Shown here: positions 1-9,188 of the stretch, in pieces
How the letters are laid out: every line of letters begins with the position of its first letter
How positions within the stretch are numbered: position 1 is the stretch's first letter
Assembly: GCF_000012925.1 (NCBI RefSeq)
Contig: NC_007517.1
Location: forward strand, 1,920,001 to 1,952,000
Direction of reading: 5' to 3'
Length of the DNA: 32,000 nucleotides
Source of the DNA: Geobacter metallireducens GS-15
GTDB lineage: Bacteria; Desulfobacterota; Desulfuromonadia; Geobacterales; Geobacteraceae
The notes under the pieces: generated by a model
What the model was told of the DNA's origin: nothing
What the model saw: only the letters and a program-made list of their open reading frames with translations
Database searches by the model: none
Translations under genes and position numbers: made by a program

Positions 1-231
1 AAGACAGAAGGCTCTGTCATCCGTGAACTTGCGGTCAATGGTCAGTTCGACGAAGTGCGGACCATCGCCCACGGCTTGAAGGGTTCCGGCGGCTGTTACG
101 GTTTTTCGAGGATAACGGAAATCGGGCGGGATATGGAACTGGCGGCGAATGACGGCAATCTCGTCGAGGTGTTGAAACAGCTCGATACCCTCGAGGCGTA
201 CCTGCAGGCAATTGAAGTCCGCTACGAATAA
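1..231 (+). CDS. C-terminal fragment of an Hpt (histidine phosphotransfer) domain protein; 5' end lies outside the window
   Basis: Frame +1 is open from base 1 to TAA at 229-231. The translation ...EVRTIAHGLKGSGGCYGFSRITEIGRDMELAANDGN... carries the HxxKG phospho-histidine motif of Hpt domains. A strong terminator follows. Confidence 0.7.
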   Translation, partial: KTEGSVIRELAVNGQFDEVRTIAHGLKGSGGCYGFSRITEIGRDMELAANDGNLVEVLKQLDTLEAYLQAIEVRYE

Positions 232-255
232 TCGGAACACGTCATGTTCCGCCGC

Positions 256-300
256 AAAAAAACGCGGCTCCCGGCTGATTCGGGGGCCGCGTTTTTTTTT
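256..300. terminator. Bidirectional rho-independent terminator between the convergent Hpt gene and the CoA-transferase operon
   Basis: An 11-bp GC-rich stem (263-273 pairs with 81-91 of the 281-291 block: CGCGGCTCCCG / CGGGGGCCGCG) has a 7-nt loop. It is flanked by an A-run (256-262) and a T-run (292-300), so it reads as hairpin plus U-tract on both strands. Confidence 0.8.
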
Positions 301-314
301 GCCCAATCCGGCAT

Positions 315-1136
315 CTATCCTTTTGTCACCTTCGGAATGAAGATCTGCTCAGGATCAAGAACATCGTGGATGAAGTGCAATTCTTCACGGGTCGGGGGAA
401 GCGTTTCGCCGCTGACCCGGGAGATGTCCAGGTCGAAGTGGCACATCTCCGTTATTTCTTGCGGCGTTTTGCCGGGGTGGCAGGTGTCCAGGTAGATGCG
501 GCCGGTCTCCCCGTCGAACCGGAAGACGCCGGCGGTGCTGATGACCGCGGACGGACCGCCGCGGTAGGCGGCGCCGTAGAGCTCCCGGCGATGGACGAAG
601 TCGCCCTCCGGCCATTTTTTCACCCGCCAGCCGGGGCTCGTGATGTAGCTGACGTTGGGGGTGAAGCGGCGCTTCTCGTGGACCATGATGAAGACGGTCC
701 GTTTGGCGAAGGAGTTGATGTCGGGGTTGCCGCCGCTGCCGGTGAGGCGCAGTTCTGGGTTGAGGTAGTCGCCGATGCAGGTGGTGTTCACGTTGCCGTA
801 TTCGTCCACCTCGGCGCCGCCGAGGAAACCCAGGTCCACGTAGCCCCGCTGGGCGATGCTGAAGGCATCGTAGAGCCCCGAGGCCCGGGAGGCTCCCATC
901 TCGCACCGGGCGTCGCCGACGGAGGTGGGAATGGCCGGCGGGCGGCCGTCGAGGGTGCCAGCCTCAAAGATGAGCTTCAGGTTCGGGGCGTGGGTCTTCT
1001 GGGCCAGCATGATCGCCACCATGGGGAGGCCGGTGCCGGCGAAGACGATTTCGTTGTCCTGCACCTCGCGGGACGCCGCGCAGCACAGCAGGTCGGCCAG
1101 GCCGTATTCTTCCGGATTCGCATACTCTCTGCCCAT
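315..1136 (-). CDS. Family I CoA-transferase, beta subunit (glutaconate CoA-transferase GctB-like)
   Basis: 273-aa ORF with a GctB-like sequence (…LIFEAGTLDG… at the position of the catalytic Glu, …RLTGSGGNPD…). It starts 1 nt after the stop of the alpha subunit gene. Confidence 0.85.
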   Translation of the reverse strand: MGREYANPEEYGLADLLCCAASREVQDNEIVFAGTGLPMVAIMLAQKTHAPNLKLIFEAGTLDGRPPAIPTSVGDARCEMGASRASGLYDAFSIAQRGYVDLGFLGGAEVDEYGNVNTTCIGDYLNPELRLTGSGGNPDINSFAKRTVFIMVHEKRRFTPNVSYITSPGWRVKKWPEGDFVHRRELYGAAYRGGPSAVISTAGVFRFDGETGRIYLDTCHPGKTPQEITEMCHFDLDISRVSGETLPPTREELHFIHDVLDPEQIFIPKVTKG

Positions 1137-1137
1137 A

Positions 1138-2103
1138 TTATTGCCCCCTCTTCACGCCGGTGGAGTAGTTGAGCGCGGTGTTCGCCTTCAGGGTCAGCAT
1201 CCGCGGCCAGCCGAGCTTCTCCAGGTAGCCCAAGTGGTCGAGCCCCATGATCCACTCCTTGGCGAAGTCATCGAATCCTTCCTGGGTGCGGGTCCGTCCG
1301 TAGAAGTCCTTGAGGAAAGCACCGTCCACGTCGTAGCGGCCGAACATGCCTGTGGGGTGGGCGCCATAGGGACACTCCACGATGTAGTCCACCTCGAAGC
1401 TGGTGATGGTGTTGCGGTCGGCCTCCCGGCGCAGGTACTCCTCGGGGACGATCTCTTCGGCCATAACGATGGTGATGTCCGCGGTGCGGGCCGCCTCGGG
1501 GTCGGAGTAGTACTGGCCGTTGACCCGCACCGTCCCTTCCTCACCCACCTGCTGGACGCACATGATGGCGATGTCCGCCTTTGCCGCCGGTACCAGCACC
1601 TGGGGGCCCGCGCCGTAGAAGGGGTCGTCGGTGAAGAGGTACTTGTGCTTGGGGATCCGCTTCCCGTCACGTTTGCCGGCCCGGCCGAGCATGTCGTACT
1701 CAGGGTTGTGGATGTCCGTGCCGAGGGATGTCTGAGTGACGGCGTAAGGAGCGCCGGCGGCACCGGCAGCGAAGCGGAACATCATCTCCGCATGGCTGTA
1801 ATCCTCAACGATGATCTCCTTATTCCCCACCTTGCGGGAGAGGTTGGCGCCGTACTTGCCGTAGAGTTCATGCCCCACCCAGCACGACTCCCAGATGTCG
1901 ACGCACCCGGCTCCCACGAGGAATTCGGTGTGTGGGCCGCCATTCACTTCGATGAGGTGGAGTCCCCGTCTCTGCTGGCGGATCAGCTCGAAAACGATGG
2001 CCATGGGGCGCCGCCAGATGGTGAACCCGGAGAAGGTGAGGCTGGAGCCGTCCTTGATGATCTCGGCGGCCTGCTGCAAGGTAATGCGTTTACCTGTCCC
2101 CAT
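1138..2103 (-). CDS. Family I CoA-transferase, alpha subunit (GctA-like)
   Basis: The ORF is similar to GctA along its length (…CPYGAHPTGMFGRYD…FAKEWI…). I chose the start at the second ATG (2103, MGTGKRITLQQAAE) because GGAGG sits 6 nt upstream. The track start at 2115 lies inside that RBS. Confidence 0.85.
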   Translation of the reverse strand: MGTGKRITLQQAAEIIKDGSSLTFSGFTIWRRPMAIVFELIRQQRRGLHLIEVNGGPHTEFLVGAGCVDIWESCWVGHELYGKYGANLSRKVGNKEIIVEDYSHAEMMFRFAAGAAGAPYAVTQTSLGTDIHNPEYDMLGRAGKRDGKRIPKHKYLFTDDPFYGAGPQVLVPAAKADIAIMCVQQVGEEGTVRVNGQYYSDPEAARTADITIVMAEEIVPEEYLRREADRNTITSFEVDYIVECPYGAHPTGMFGRYDVDGAFLKDFYGRTRTQEGFDDFAKEWIMGLDHLGYLEKLGWPRMLTLKANTALNYSTGVKRGQ

Positions 2104-2127
2104 ACATACCTCCATATGTGATAATTT

Positions 2128-3288
2128 CTATTGGTTAAAATTCTTGAGAATTTCCCGCGAGATAACCACCCGCTGGATCTCGCTGGTCCCTTCGTAGATG
2201 GAGGTGATTCGGGCATCGCGGGCATAACGCTCAACCGGGAAATCCTGGGTGTAGCCGTACCCGCCGAGCATCTGGATTGCCGCGTAGCAGGCCCGGTTGG
2301 CCGCCTCGGTGGCATACAGCTTCGCCATGGAGGCCTCCTTGGCAAAGGATTTACCCTGGTCCTTGCGAAAGGCGGCGTTCATGAGGAGGAGCCGGGCCGC
2401 TTCCAGTTCGGTGTAGGCATCGGCCACCATCCACTGGATAGCCTGGAAGTTGCTGATCTTTTGCCCGAACTGGGTCCGCTCGGAGGCATAGCGGGTGGCA
2501 TGGTCCATGGCTGCCAGCCCGACGCCGAGCCCCAGGGAACCGATCCCGATCCGCCCGCCGGCCAGCTCCGCCACGGCGATCCGGAAACCGTCGTTCAACT
2601 TCCCCATCATGGCGCTCTTGGGGATGCGGCAGTCGGTGAAGATTACCTCGTTGGTGGCCGAGGCGTGCTGTCCCATCTTGTGCTCTTCCTTGCCGATGAT
2701 GAGGCCGGGCGTTCCAGCCTCCACCAGGAAGCAACTGATACCTTTACCCTTGGGGGCAGCCTTGTCGGTGACCGCCCAGACCACGAAAACCCCGGCATAG
2801 GAGGCGCTGGTAATGAAAATTTTGGAGCCGTTCAGCACCCAGGAGTCGCCGTCGTCCACGGCCTGGGTCACCATCCCGGCGGGATCGGAGCCGGCGCAGG
2901 TTTCGGTGAGGGCGAAGCTGGCGGCGGAATACTCGCCGGAACAGATCTTCGGGATGTAAGCCCGTTTCTGCTCCTCGGAACCGACGACCTGGATAACCTC
3001 GGCGGCCATGTTGTTGACCGAGACCGTGACCGCCGTGGAGGCGCAGGCCCGCGCGATCTCGGTCATGGCCACGCTGAAGGAGATGGCCCCGGCCTCGGCG
3101 CCGCCGTACTCCTCCCGCACGTTCAATCCCATGAAACCCAGTTCGGCCAGCTTTTTCAGGTTGGCCAGCAGGGGGCCGCGGTCGCTTCCCTGGTCAAGCT
3201 GCGCCGCCACCGGCTCCAGTTCGGCCTTGGCAAAGTCACGGGCGGTGTCCTGAATCAGTTTCTGTTCTTCGGTCAGTTCGAGATACAT
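2128..3288 (-). CDS. Acyl-CoA dehydrogenase (short/branched-chain type)
   Basis: 386 aa starting [20 protein letters not shown], with typical ACAD motifs (…YGGAEAG…, …GGYGYTQDFPVERYARDARITSIYEGTSEIQ…). GAGGAG lies upstream of the ATG at 3288. The track's longer N-terminus has no RBS. Confidence 0.9.
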   Translation of the reverse strand: MYLELTEEQKLIQDTARDFAKAELEPVAAQLDQGSDRGPLLANLKKLAELGFMGLNVREEYGGAEAGAISFSVAMTEIARACASTAVTVSVNNMAAEVIQVVGSEEQKRAYIPKICSGEYSAASFALTETCAGSDPAGMVTQAVDDGDSWVLNGSKIFITSASYAGVFVVWAVTDKAAPKGKGISCFLVEAGTPGLIIGKEEHKMGQHASATNEVIFTDCRIPKSAMMGKLNDGFRIAVAELAGGRIGIGSLGLGVGLAAMDHATRYASERTQFGQKISNFQAIQWMVADAYTELEAARLLLMNAAFRKDQGKSFAKEASMAKLYATEAANRACYAAIQMLGGYGYTQDFPVERYARDARITSIYEGTSEIQRVVISREILKNFNQ

Positions 3289-4118
3289 GGTTTCTTCTCC
3301 TCTGCGACGATAATCGGAATATCCTGCTCCCGTCCCCATTCCTGCCACTCCCGGGCGCTCCGGTCGGCAAAGGCGGCGCGGTACTCTTCTCTGGTACTCA
3401 CTCCCAGCGACTCTTCGAGCCGGCTCTTGAAGTGGGGCTCCAGAGCTGCCAGGGCCACCCAGCCGTCACGGGCTTCATAGAGGTTGTATTCGGGAATGCC
3501 GCCACCCAGAAGAGCGCCCGGAGCGGTACTGCCGTAGCGTAGAGGCTCGGCCATGGCTTCGGCCGCGCGGGAAAGGGCGACCTCCGCATAGCCCGCCTCC
3601 TGTCCCCGTTCGCGGATGAGAAGGAGTGCCATGGCGGCCGAAACGGTCTGCTCGGCGCCGGCCATGTCGGCAAGGAGGGTCCGGGGCATGTGGGGAGGGT
3701 TGAGAAGACCGAGAGAGGCCTGGTAGGTGAGGTCGTGGCCCGCCTCGTTTTCGCGGGGGGCGGGATAGCCGACGATGGCCACTTGGCAGAGGCGGGGGAA
3801 TTTCCGGTGAAGCTCCTCCCACCCGAGACCGAGACGGCAGAGGCCGGCGGGGCGGCTGGCGGTAATGAGGAGGTCGGCGGTTGCCAGCAGGCCGTTGAGG
3901 TGAGCCAGACCTTCGGCGCTCTTTAGGTCGATCCTGACGACCGTCTGGCCGACGGCCATATCCCGGTACCAATCAGCGTTGTACAGTTCCATGAGGTCGC
4001 CTGACGGCGGCTCCACCTTCACGACGGATGCCCCCAGATGCCGGAGGCGCCGGGCGGCGGCGGGGCCGGGAAGATTCACGGCCAGGTTCACGACAACCAT
4101 TCCTTTAAGGGGCTTCAT
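3273..4118 (-). CDS. Family III CoA-transferase (CaiB/BaiF-like), unusually short at 281 aa
   Basis: The internal start [41 protein letters not shown] matches the family III N-terminal signature. GAGGAGGAG lies directly upstream of the ATG at 4116-4118. The 474-aa track ORF is an R/G/P-rich artefactual extension running through etfA. Confidence 0.75.
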   Translation of the reverse strand: MKPLKGMVVVNLAVNLPGPAAARRLRHLGASVVKVEPPSGDLMELYNADWYRDMAVGQTVVRIDLKSAEGLAHLNGLLATADLLITASRPAGLCRLGLGWEELHRKFPRLCQVAIVGYPAPRENEAGHDLTYQASLGLLNPPHMPRTLLADMAGAEQTVSAAMALLLIRERGQEAGYAEVALSRAAEAMAEPLRYGSTAPGALLGGGIPEYNLYEARDGWVALAALEPHFKSRLEESLGVSTREEYRAAFADRSAREWQEWGREQDIPIIVAEEKKPCISN

Positions 4119-4141
4119 GGCTCCTCCTCTGTCAGCCCGGT

Positions 4142-5056
4142 TCACTGCAGTTTGGCCGTGAGAGCCGGCACGAATTGCATCACGTCGGCCACCACGAGGA
4201 CATCGGCAACTTCCCCGATGGGGGCGTCCTTGTCCTTGTTGATGGCGACAACGAAGTCCGATTTCTTCATGCCGGCCAGATGCTGGATCGCTCCCGAAAT
4301 GCCGCAGGCCACGTAGAGCTTGGGGCTCACGCTCTGGCCGGTGGTCCCCACCTGGTGGCTGTGATCCACCCAGCCGGCATCCACCACCGGCCGGCTCGCC
4401 CCCAATTCTCCGCCAAGGGCCTTGGCCAGAGCCTGGATAACGGGGATATTGTCCTTTTTCCCCACGCCCCGACCGGCGCTGACGATCACCTCGGCCCGGG
4501 TCAGGTCCACGTCCTTTTTCTCGGCGGGCTCGTAGCCGACAAATTCCACCGGCGTCGCCCCATCGGGTATGTCGATGCGCTCCACCTTTGGCGTCCCCTG
4601 GGGAGTGCCCGTGAAGCTGAAGGCGCCGGCCTGGACGGTGAGGACCGCCTTGCCGCTTGTGGGGGTTACGGCGCGGCGCATCTTGGCGTTGCAGCACCCC
4701 ACCTCGTAGCCGCCGTCCACAACACCGACGATCTCCGACACCTGCCCGGCCCTGAGAGCCGCCGCCACCCGAGGGGCCAGGTCCCAGCCGTAGGAAGAGT
4801 GGACGAAGACGATGCAGTCGGCGTTTTCCCGCTGGACCGCATCGAGAACGATCTTCTTGTGCACGTCCGGGTTGTATTCGCCGTATTTCGCCGCCTCGGC
4901 CAGGTAAACTGTGCTATTGCAGGCGGGCAGGGCGCTGTCGCTCCCGATGAGGACCATGGCCTTCTCGGCGCCGATGCGGTCGGCAAAGGCGAGGAGTTCG
5001 TAGGTTGTATCGAGGAGTTTTCCTTCGCGATATTCGCAGACAAGCAGTGCTTTCAT
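4142..5056 (-). CDS. etfA: Electron transfer flavoprotein, alpha subunit
   Basis: 304 aa with an EtfA C-terminal FAD-binding region (…VSAGRGVG…[10 protein letters not shown]…[29 protein letters not shown]…). AGGAGGAG RBS. Confidence 0.92.
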   Translation of the reverse strand: MKALLVCEYREGKLLDTTYELLAFADRIGAEKAMVLIGSDSALPACNSTVYLAEAAKYGEYNPDVHKKIVLDAVQRENADCIVFVHSSYGWDLAPRVAAALRAGQVSEIVGVVDGGYEVGCCNAKMRRAVTPTSGKAVLTVQAGAFSFTGTPQGTPKVERIDIPDGATPVEFVGYEPAEKKDVDLTRAEVIVSAGRGVGKKDNIPVIQALAKALGGELGASRPVVDAGWVDHSHQVGTTGQSVSPKLYVACGISGAIQHLAGMKKSDFVVAINKDKDAPIGEVADVLVVADVMQFVPALTAKLQ

Positions 5057-5069
5057 ATGGTTTCTCCTC

Positions 5070-5846
5070 CTACCGGAGCACGGTCGTTTTTTCTTTCAGG
5101 ATCCCGTAGAGCTGCTCCACCAGGTTCCCCACATCACCTTCCAGCACGATTCCGCCTCCCTTCCTGGCCGGAGGGTAGAACCGGGCCGTGGCGGCGACGG
5201 CCTCTTCCTTCAGCAGGTCGGCCACAGGGATGGCGAGGATCTCTTTCTTCTTGGCCTTCATGATGTTGGGAAGGGTGGGGTAGCGGGGGATGTTGAGGCC
5301 CAGTTGGCAGGTGACGACGGCCGGAAGCCGCAGCTTCGCAACCCCCTTGATTCCCCCTTCAAGCTCGCGCTTGGCGGTCACCACGCCGTCGGCGAAGGCG
5401 AAGCCCACGAGGGTCGTGGCACAGGCAAAGCCCAAGAGTTCCGCCACCAGCACCCCCACCTGGGCCGAGCCGCGGTCCTGGGACTGCATGCCGGTGAAGA
5501 CGAGGTCGAATCCCTCGGTGCGGGCGTATTGGGCGATGATCGACGCGATCTGCCACGGATCCTTCCCCTGGGGGGCGGGGTCCTGGATGTGGGCTCCCTT
5601 GTCACACCCCATGGCGAGGGCCTTCTTGATGGCCTCGTTCACCCGGTCCGGGCCGATAGAGAGGACTGTCACCTCCGGCTCGTTCCCCAGTTGCTCCTTG
5701 AGCTGCACCGCCTGTTCCACGGCATATTCGTCGTACTCGTTCATCCGGAAGGCCAGATCGGTCTCCTCGAACCAGGTGCCGCTGCCATCGGGCTTGAAGC
5801 GGGATTCCATGTCGGGAACCTGTTTGACGCAGACGAGAATTTTCAT
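5070..5846 (-). CDS. etfB: Electron transfer flavoprotein, beta subunit
   Basis: 258 aa starting MKILVCVKQVPD…, typical of EtfB. AAGGAGG RBS. The gap to etfA is 13 nt. Confidence 0.92.
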   Translation of the reverse strand: MKILVCVKQVPDMESRFKPDGSGTWFEETDLAFRMNEYDEYAVEQAVQLKEQLGNEPEVTVLSIGPDRVNEAIKKALAMGCDKGAHIQDPAPQGKDPWQIASIIAQYARTEGFDLVFTGMQSQDRGSAQVGVLVAELLGFACATTLVGFAFADGVVTAKRELEGGIKGVAKLRLPAVVTCQLGLNIPRYPTLPNIMKAKKKEILAIPVADLLKEEAVAATARFYPPARKGGGIVLEGDVGNLVEQLYGILKEKTTVLR

Positions 5847-5905
5847 GGGAACCTCCTTAATGTCCTTTTGAGAACGTGGATTTTTCGCAAGGTCAAGGCG
5901 ATCGA

Positions 5906-5951
5906 GGGATTGCGCGGAGGCGTAGCAGCGCTACGTCGCACAAGCAATCCC
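5906..5951. repeat. Structured intergenic repeat, copy 1 (32-nt conserved core 5913-5944 inside an 8-bp outer helix)
   Basis: The core CGCGGAGGCGTAGCAGCGCTACGTCGCACAAG matches 16174-16205 at 31 of 32 positions. The outer helix is GGGATTGC (5906-5913) / GCAATCCC (5944-5951) and the inner hairpin is GCGTAGC-AGC-GCTACG. Confidence 0.7.
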
Positions 5952-5956
5952 GAAGA

Positions 5957-7972
5957 TCAACGCAGAGATTGCGGAAAAGCCGCGTTCTCTATTCTCTCAG
6001 CCACGATTTCCGCCAGATCCCGCACCTTGATGCTCTCCTCGAAACCGCCAGTCTTGATTCCGTCCTCGAACATGGTGAGGCAGAAGGGGCAGTTGGAAAC
6101 CAGGAGCTGGGCGCCGGTCTCCCCGGCCATCCGGACCCGGGCCTCGCTGATCTTGGTGCCGAGCTTCTCCTCGGCCAGGATCCGTCCGCCTCCGGCGCCG
6201 CAGCAGAAGCTGTCGCATCCAGAGCGGTCCATTTCCCGCAGGTCGCCGCCGGCAGCCGCCAGGACGGCCCGGGGCTCGGCGAAGATGTCCTTGTAGCGCC
6301 CCAGATAGCAGGAATCGTGGTAGGTGAAGGGGAAGCGTTTCTGTTCGGGGGCAAGCGAAAGACGCCCGCTCTCCATGAGGTTGTGGATGAAGGTGGCGTA
6401 GTGCTCGGTTTCCAGCTCGAAGCCCAGGTCACGGTAATCGCGGGAGAGAGTGTTGAAGCAGTGGGGGCAGGTGGTGACCACCTTCTTTGCCCCGCTGGCT
6501 TTCATCATCTCTATGTTCTCCTGGGCCATCATCTGGTAGAGGTACTCGTTGCCGAGCTTCCTGACCGGCTCGCCGCAGCACTTCTCATCCTTGCCGAGGA
6601 TGCCGACCCGGATGCCGGCGGCGGCGCAGATCTTCACGAAGCTGCGGGCCACCTCCCGGTTCCGCTTGTCGAAGGAGGCGTAACAGCCGGCAAAATAGAG
6701 GATGTCGGCCTCCTCCCCCTCGGAGACCCGGGCCACGGGGAGCCCCTCAGCCCAGTCGCCCCGGCTGGCATAGGCGAGGCCGAAGGGGTTGCCGTTCACC
6801 TCCACGTTGCTGACTGCGGTGCGGACCTCGTCGCCGGGGAATTCCCCCTCCATGAGGGAGAGGCTGCGTCGCATCTCGAGGATCTTGTTCACGTGCTCGA
6901 TCTCGGCCGGACACACATCCTGGCAGGCACGGCAGGTGGTGCAGCTCCAGAGGACATCGGCGGTGACGGTTTCCACCAGTGATGAGTCAGGGGCGCTCCA
7001 GGCAGCCTCGCACACCTGCTTCACCACTTTCATGGGGGAGAGGGGCTTCTCAGTGGCCCAGGCGGGGCAGCGGTCCTGGCACCGCTTGCAGCTCGTGCAG
7101 GCGTCGGCGTCGAAGATGTCCTTCCAGGTGAGGTCCGTCACCTTGGTGGCGCCGAACTGTTCCTGGCTTTCGTCCTCCATGTTGAGGGTGCCGATGGTTC
7201 CCTTTTCATCCAGGGGAGCGAAGAAGGAGTTGATGCTGGTGGTCAGGATGTGGCGCAGCTTCGTGTAGGGGAGGGCGGCGATGAAGCCGAGCACGAGGCC
7301 GAAGTGGGTCCACCAGAGGACCGTGTGCATGGTGCGGATGGAGTCGTCGGTGTAGGCCTTGAAGAGGTGGGCAAAGAGGTATCCCACCGGGGAGAAGCGG
7401 GCCAGCTCGGGATTCTGCTGCAGCTCCGTGGCGGCCATCCGCGCCCCTTCGACGCAGAAGCCGGTGATGAGGATGGCGAAGAGGAGTTGGTGGATGATCC
7501 GGTCGTCGTTGACGGTCTCAAGGCCGTCGGGCTTCAGCACGAAGCGGCGGATAGAGAGGCCGGCCAGCATCACGATAGCACCGAGGCCCGCCAGATCCAG
7601 CACTAGGGAGAAGGCCTTGTAGAACTCCCCCCTGAGGATGTTCACGTCCATGAGGGGGGTGATGAAATCGGCCTGGAGCATCACGATCAGCGTTCCGGCA
7701 AAGAGGGTGAGGAATCCCCAGAAGAAGAGGGCGTGGGGAATGCCGCCGTCCTTGACCCGGGCAACCTTGCACTGACTCAGTACCGTCAAGACGAGGCGCT
7801 TCACCCGCTCGTCGTAGCGGTCGAAGCGGTCGAGGGGCTTCCCTTGGCGCCAGACGGGGAGACGCTTCCAGAATCCCCACGCCAGGATGCCGAAGGCGGC
7901 AAAGGTGAGGAGGTACATGGGGATCACGACCCCGTGGCCGATGTTCCAATAGATTTCGCGGGTGGCTTCCAT
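5957..7972 (-). CDS. Membrane-bound iron-sulfur oxidoreductase (NarI-like N-terminal TM domain, 2x[4Fe-4S] ferredoxin, two CCG domains; HdrD/DsrK-like); probable ETF-oxidising quinone reductase
   Basis: 671 aa. The N-terminal ~250 aa are hydrophobic with several predicted helices. Motifs present: CTSCKRCQDRCP and CTTCRACQDVCP (CxxCxxCxxxCP), and the CCG motifs EKCCGEP and SFCCGAGGG. AAGGAGG RBS. Encoded directly upstream of etfBA. Confidence 0.85.
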   Translation of the reverse strand: MEATREIYWNIGHGVVIPMYLLTFAAFGILAWGFWKRLPVWRQGKPLDRFDRYDERVKRLVLTVLSQCKVARVKDGGIPHALFFWGFLTLFAGTLIVMLQADFITPLMDVNILRGEFYKAFSLVLDLAGLGAIVMLAGLSIRRFVLKPDGLETVNDDRIIHQLLFAILITGFCVEGARMAATELQQNPELARFSPVGYLFAHLFKAYTDDSIRTMHTVLWWTHFGLVLGFIAALPYTKLRHILTTSINSFFAPLDEKGTIGTLNMEDESQEQFGATKVTDLTWKDIFDADACTSCKRCQDRCPAWATEKPLSPMKVVKQVCEAAWSAPDSSLVETVTADVLWSCTTCRACQDVCPAEIEHVNKILEMRRSLSLMEGEFPGDEVRTAVSNVEVNGNPFGLAYASRGDWAEGLPVARVSEGEEADILYFAGCYASFDKRNREVARSFVKICAAAGIRVGILGKDEKCCGEPVRKLGNEYLYQMMAQENIEMMKASGAKKVVTTCPHCFNTLSRDYRDLGFELETEHYATFIHNLMESGRLSLAPEQKRFPFTYHDSCYLGRYKDIFAEPRAVLAAAGGDLREMDRSGCDSFCCGAGGGRILAEEKLGTKISEARVRMAGETGAQLLVSNCPFCLTMFEDGIKTGGFEESIKVRDLAEIVAERIENAAFPQSLR

Positions 7973-8020
7973 GATGCCTCCTTATTCCTTTCCAGCCTTG
8001 AAGCTTTTAGTCTTGTCCTG

Positions 8021-9160
8021 TCAGCTCAACAGCAGCTTCGAGATAACCACCCGCTGCACCTCGTTGGTCCCCTCGTATATCTCGGTGATCTTGGCGTCGC
8101 GGTACATCCGCTCCACCTCGTAATCGCAGATGAAGCCGTAACCGCCGTGGATCTGGATCGCTTCCTTGGTGACGTAGGTGGCGGCCTCGGAGGCGAGCAT
8201 CTTGCACATGGCCGACTCCATGGTGTAGTTCTTCTTGTGATCCTTGAGCCACGCGGCCTTGTAGGTCATGAGCTTGCTGGTCTCGATCTTTGCCCACATG
8301 TCGGCCAGCTTGAACTGTATCGCCTGCAGGTCGCAGATGGGGGCGCCGAACTGCTTGCGCTCCTTGGAGTAGGCCAGTGCCCGCTCGAAGGCTCCTTCGG
8401 CGATTCCCAGGGCCTGGGAGGCGATGCCGATGCGGCCGCCGTTCAGGGTGTCCATGGCGATCTTGAATCCCTGGCCTTCCTGCCCCAGGAGGTTTTCCGC
8501 AGGGATCCGGACGTTGTCGAGGGCGAAGGCGGTGGTGTAGCTTCCCCGTATCCCCAGTTTCTTCTCGTTTTTCAGGATCTCCACACCGTGGGAGCGGAGA
8601 TCGATGATGAATGCCGAAACTCCTTTGTGCTTGAGGCTCTTGTCGGAAGTGGCAAAGAGGACGCCGGTTCCCCGGTAGCCACCATTGGTGATGAATATCT
8701 TGGAACCGTTGATGACGAATTCGTCCCCCTCGCGGCGGTAGGTAGTGGCGATGGCACCGGCGTCGGAACCAGCGTCGGGCTCGGTCAGGAGGAAGCAGCC
8801 GATGGTCTCGCCGCTGTTCAGGGCCGGAAGCCACTTCTTCTTCTGCTCTTCGGTGCCGAAGGTGTAAATGGGGCCGCAGGCAAGGGAGGTGTGGGCCGAG
8901 ATGAGGACGCCGCTGGAGCCGCAGGCCTTGGAAACCTCCTCCACCACGATGGAGTAGGAGAGCATGTCGAGTCCGGCCCCGCCGTACTGCTCGGGGAGAT
9001 AGCTTCCCATGAACCCCATCTCTCCCATCTTTCTGACAAGACTGTCAGGGATCATGTGCTCTTCGTCGATCTGCACGGCGACGGGTTTTACCTCCTTCTC
9101 CACGAAGTCACGCACGGCGTCCTGCAATACCTTGTGGTCCTGGCTCAGTTCGAAGTTCAT
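8021..9160 (-). CDS. Acyl-CoA dehydrogenase (butyryl-CoA dehydrogenase-like)
   Basis: 379 aa starting MNFELSQDHKVLQDAVRDFVEKE…, ending …GGYGFICDYEVERMYRDAKITEIYEGTNEVQRVVISKLLL. GGGAGG lies upstream of the ATG at 9160. Confidence 0.9.
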   Translation of the reverse strand: MNFELSQDHKVLQDAVRDFVEKEVKPVAVQIDEEHMIPDSLVRKMGEMGFMGSYLPEQYGGAGLDMLSYSIVVEEVSKACGSSGVLISAHTSLACGPIYTFGTEEQKKKWLPALNSGETIGCFLLTEPDAGSDAGAIATTYRREGDEFVINGSKIFITNGGYRGTGVLFATSDKSLKHKGVSAFIIDLRSHGVEILKNEKKLGIRGSYTTAFALDNVRIPAENLLGQEGQGFKIAMDTLNGGRIGIASQALGIAEGAFERALAYSKERKQFGAPICDLQAIQFKLADMWAKIETSKLMTYKAAWLKDHKKNYTMESAMCKMLASEAATYVTKEAIQIHGGYGFICDYEVERMYRDAKITEIYEGTNEVQRVVISKLLLS

Positions 9161-9188
9161 GACAACCTCCCTATGGTTGATTGTGAAA

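Noticed and set aside
3273-4697. 474-aa version of the family III CoA-transferase ORF
   Set aside because: The upstream 193 codons are R/G/P-rich, overlap the etfA coding region and lack a start context. A strong GAGGAGGAG RBS precedes the internal ATG at 4118, where family similarity begins.
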